A stretch of 27,948 nucleotides of DNA from positions 1-27,948 of the forward strand of contig JBEKYR010000057.1 of NCBI GenBank assembly GCA_049510745.1, read 5' to 3'. The notes beneath the pieces are model-generated. The model ran no database searches. It saw only the letters and a program-made list of their open reading frames with translations, and was not told where the DNA came from. The position numbers and the translations under genes were made by a program. Positions 26,769 to 27,948 of this stretch are shown here, piece by piece. Each line of letters starts with the position of its first letter. Position 1 is the stretch's first letter. The DNA comes from Verrucomicrobiota bacterium. Its GTDB lineage: Bacteria; Verrucomicrobiota; Verrucomicrobiia; Limisphaerales; Palsa-1400.

Positions 26769-27470
26769 CTAGCCAAGTAGAGATTTAATCTCGGGTTCTG
26801 TCAACGTCCGCCACCGGCCCACCGGCAACTCGCCGAGCTTGATGGGGCCGATCTGCACCCGCTGCAACCGGCGCACGGCCAGGCCCTGCGTTTCAAAGAG
26901 CCGCCGCACCTCGCGGTTCTTTCCCTCGGTCAATTCCAACTCGACCACGCTGGTCGAATTATTGGCCGAAACCAGCCGCGCGCGCCGGGCCTTGACGGTC
27001 TCGCCCGCGCTCGGAACTCCCGCGGTGAATTTCTTCAACATCTCCAGCGTGACCCGGCCTTCCACCGACGCCACATAGACCCGCGCCATCCCATAACGGG
27101 GATGCGATAATTTCAAGCAAAAATCGCCGTCGTTTGTCAAGAAAATCAACCCCTCGCTCTGGCAATCCAGCCGCCCGACCGAAAACAAGCCGTTCCATTC
27201 CCGCGGCAACAGGTCCCCGATCTTGTCCCGGGCCTCGCCCGCCCGCGTGCAGACAAACCCCCGCGGCTTGTGCAGCGCCACGTAGAGCTTGCGCCTAGCC
27301 CTGACCACCCGCCCGTCCACCGCCACCCGGTCCCGCCCCGGATCGACTTTCACCCCCAATTGGCAGGCGGCCTCGCCGTTGACCGTGACGCGGCCGGCGA
27401 CAATGTATTGTTCGCTGGCCCGCCGGGAAGCGACCCCGGCCTCCGCCAGGAATTTTTGCAGCCGGACCAC
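26769..27470 (-). CDS. rluB: rRNA pseudouridine synthase, RsuA/RluB family (S4 + catalytic domain)
   Basis: RLQKFLAEAGVASRR S4 domain, HKPRG, VGRLD catalytic Asp, LTNDGD, EGKNREVRR. Exact paralog assignment is less certain than the family. Confidence 0.9.
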   Translation of the reverse strand: MVRLQKFLAEAGVASRRASEQYIVAGRVTVNGEAACQLGVKVDPGRDRVAVDGRVVRARRKLYVALHKPRGFVCTRAGEARDKIGDLLPREWNGLFSVGRLDCQSEGLIFLTNDGDFCLKLSHPRYGMARVYVASVEGRVTLEMLKKFTAGVPSAGETVKARRARLVSANNSTSVVELELTEGKNREVRRLFETQGLAVRRLQRVQIGPIKLGELPVGRWRTLTEPEIKSLLG

Positions 27471-27477
27471 GGGGACA

Positions 27478-27633
27478 TCAGGCCTCGGCCTTGGTCTTGC
27501 GCAGGCCGGTGACGCGGTCGCCCGGTTTCCATTGCCCGCGCTTTTTCAGGATTTCGACCCGCTCAAACCGTTTCAGGACATTGCGTTTGGCCCCGGAGGT
27601 GCTGGCCGCGCGCAGACTTCGATGTTGTGACAT
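27478..27633 (-). CDS. PVC-superphylum small basic signature protein (TIGR04137-type), 51 aa
   Basis: Hand translation: MSQHRSLRAASTSGAKRNVLKRFERVEILKKRGQWKPGDRVTGLRKTKAEA-stop, matching the MSxHxSL...RNVLKRxER...W...GLxK pattern. Below the ORF-track size cutoff. Confidence 0.92.
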   Translation of the reverse strand: MSQHRSLRAASTSGAKRNVLKRFERVEILKKRGQWKPGDRVTGLRKTKAEA

Positions 27634-27763
27634 AAATTTAGAATTGACCGTGCCGCGCCCAACCGGGGCGGCGTTGTTTCACGGGCGGGAGTCTAAGGGC
27701 AATCCCCCGTGGGCGCAATGTTTCTCGGTCCCTTAAAATCCTAAGACGGGCGCGAAACATTCA

Positions 27764-27886
27764 GGGGAGTACACGCGCCCTCGCGTGTCGTGGCCGGCGC
27801 CCTCGCCGGCCACATCCTTGGATCTTATACACTTCCTATGGAATTGGGGGATGCCATCGGCGAGGGCGCCGATGGCGACACGCGAG
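27764..27886. repeat. Inverted pair of double-hairpin REP-like elements (copies 3 and 4; copy 4 truncated)
   Basis: ggggagt ACACGCG-ccct-CGCGTGT c GTGGCCGGCG-ccct-CGCCGGCCAC atc (27764-27816). The reverse complement of 27850-27886 is ct CGCGTGT c GCCATCGGCG-ccct-CGCCGATGGC atc. Confidence 0.85.
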
Positions 27887-27948
27887 AGCTCTGAGGTCGT
27901 CCGTCAAGGATTTTTGTTGGGAGTTATTCACCATCGGGTCTTCCAAAG

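Noticed and set aside
1..27948. tRNA, rRNA or riboswitch genes
   Set aside because: No cloverleaf, rRNA-like or known riboswitch pattern was recognised by eye; a covariance-model scan would be needed to exclude small ncRNAs.

Overview
A GC-rich bacterial window, almost certainly Verrucomicrobiota and probably the Pedosphaera/Limisphaera group. The evidence is a PVC-superphylum small basic signature protein (absent from the ORF track) and Verrucomicrobia-style secreted proteins. Core genes are a lytic transglycosylase, priA, glnD and a minus-strand run of signature protein, RluB-type pseudouridine synthase, SH3 protein, folD and two hypotheticals. Accessory content has four parts. (i) A ~6.7 kb integrase-free island bounded by a 148-bp, 95%-identical duplication of a host gene's 3' end; it carries an XRE regulator, a 1712-aa secreted protein ending in an alpha/beta-hydrolase, and a tightly linked exported partner, an arrangement resembling a toxin and its immunity protein. 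(ii) A truncated IS21 remnant with a HEAT-repeat passenger gene, lying between two 61-bp repeats. (iii) A 1575-aa secreted BNR/DUF11 surface protein. (iv) Many intergenic repeats, including a covarying double-hairpin REP-like family (one copy interrupted by a second REP-like element) and 7-10 bp tandem microrepeats. Both giant secreted proteins are strikingly rich in the Thr-Asn dipeptide, even at positions where Asp is normally conserved. All counts and alignments were done by eye and no database searches were run.
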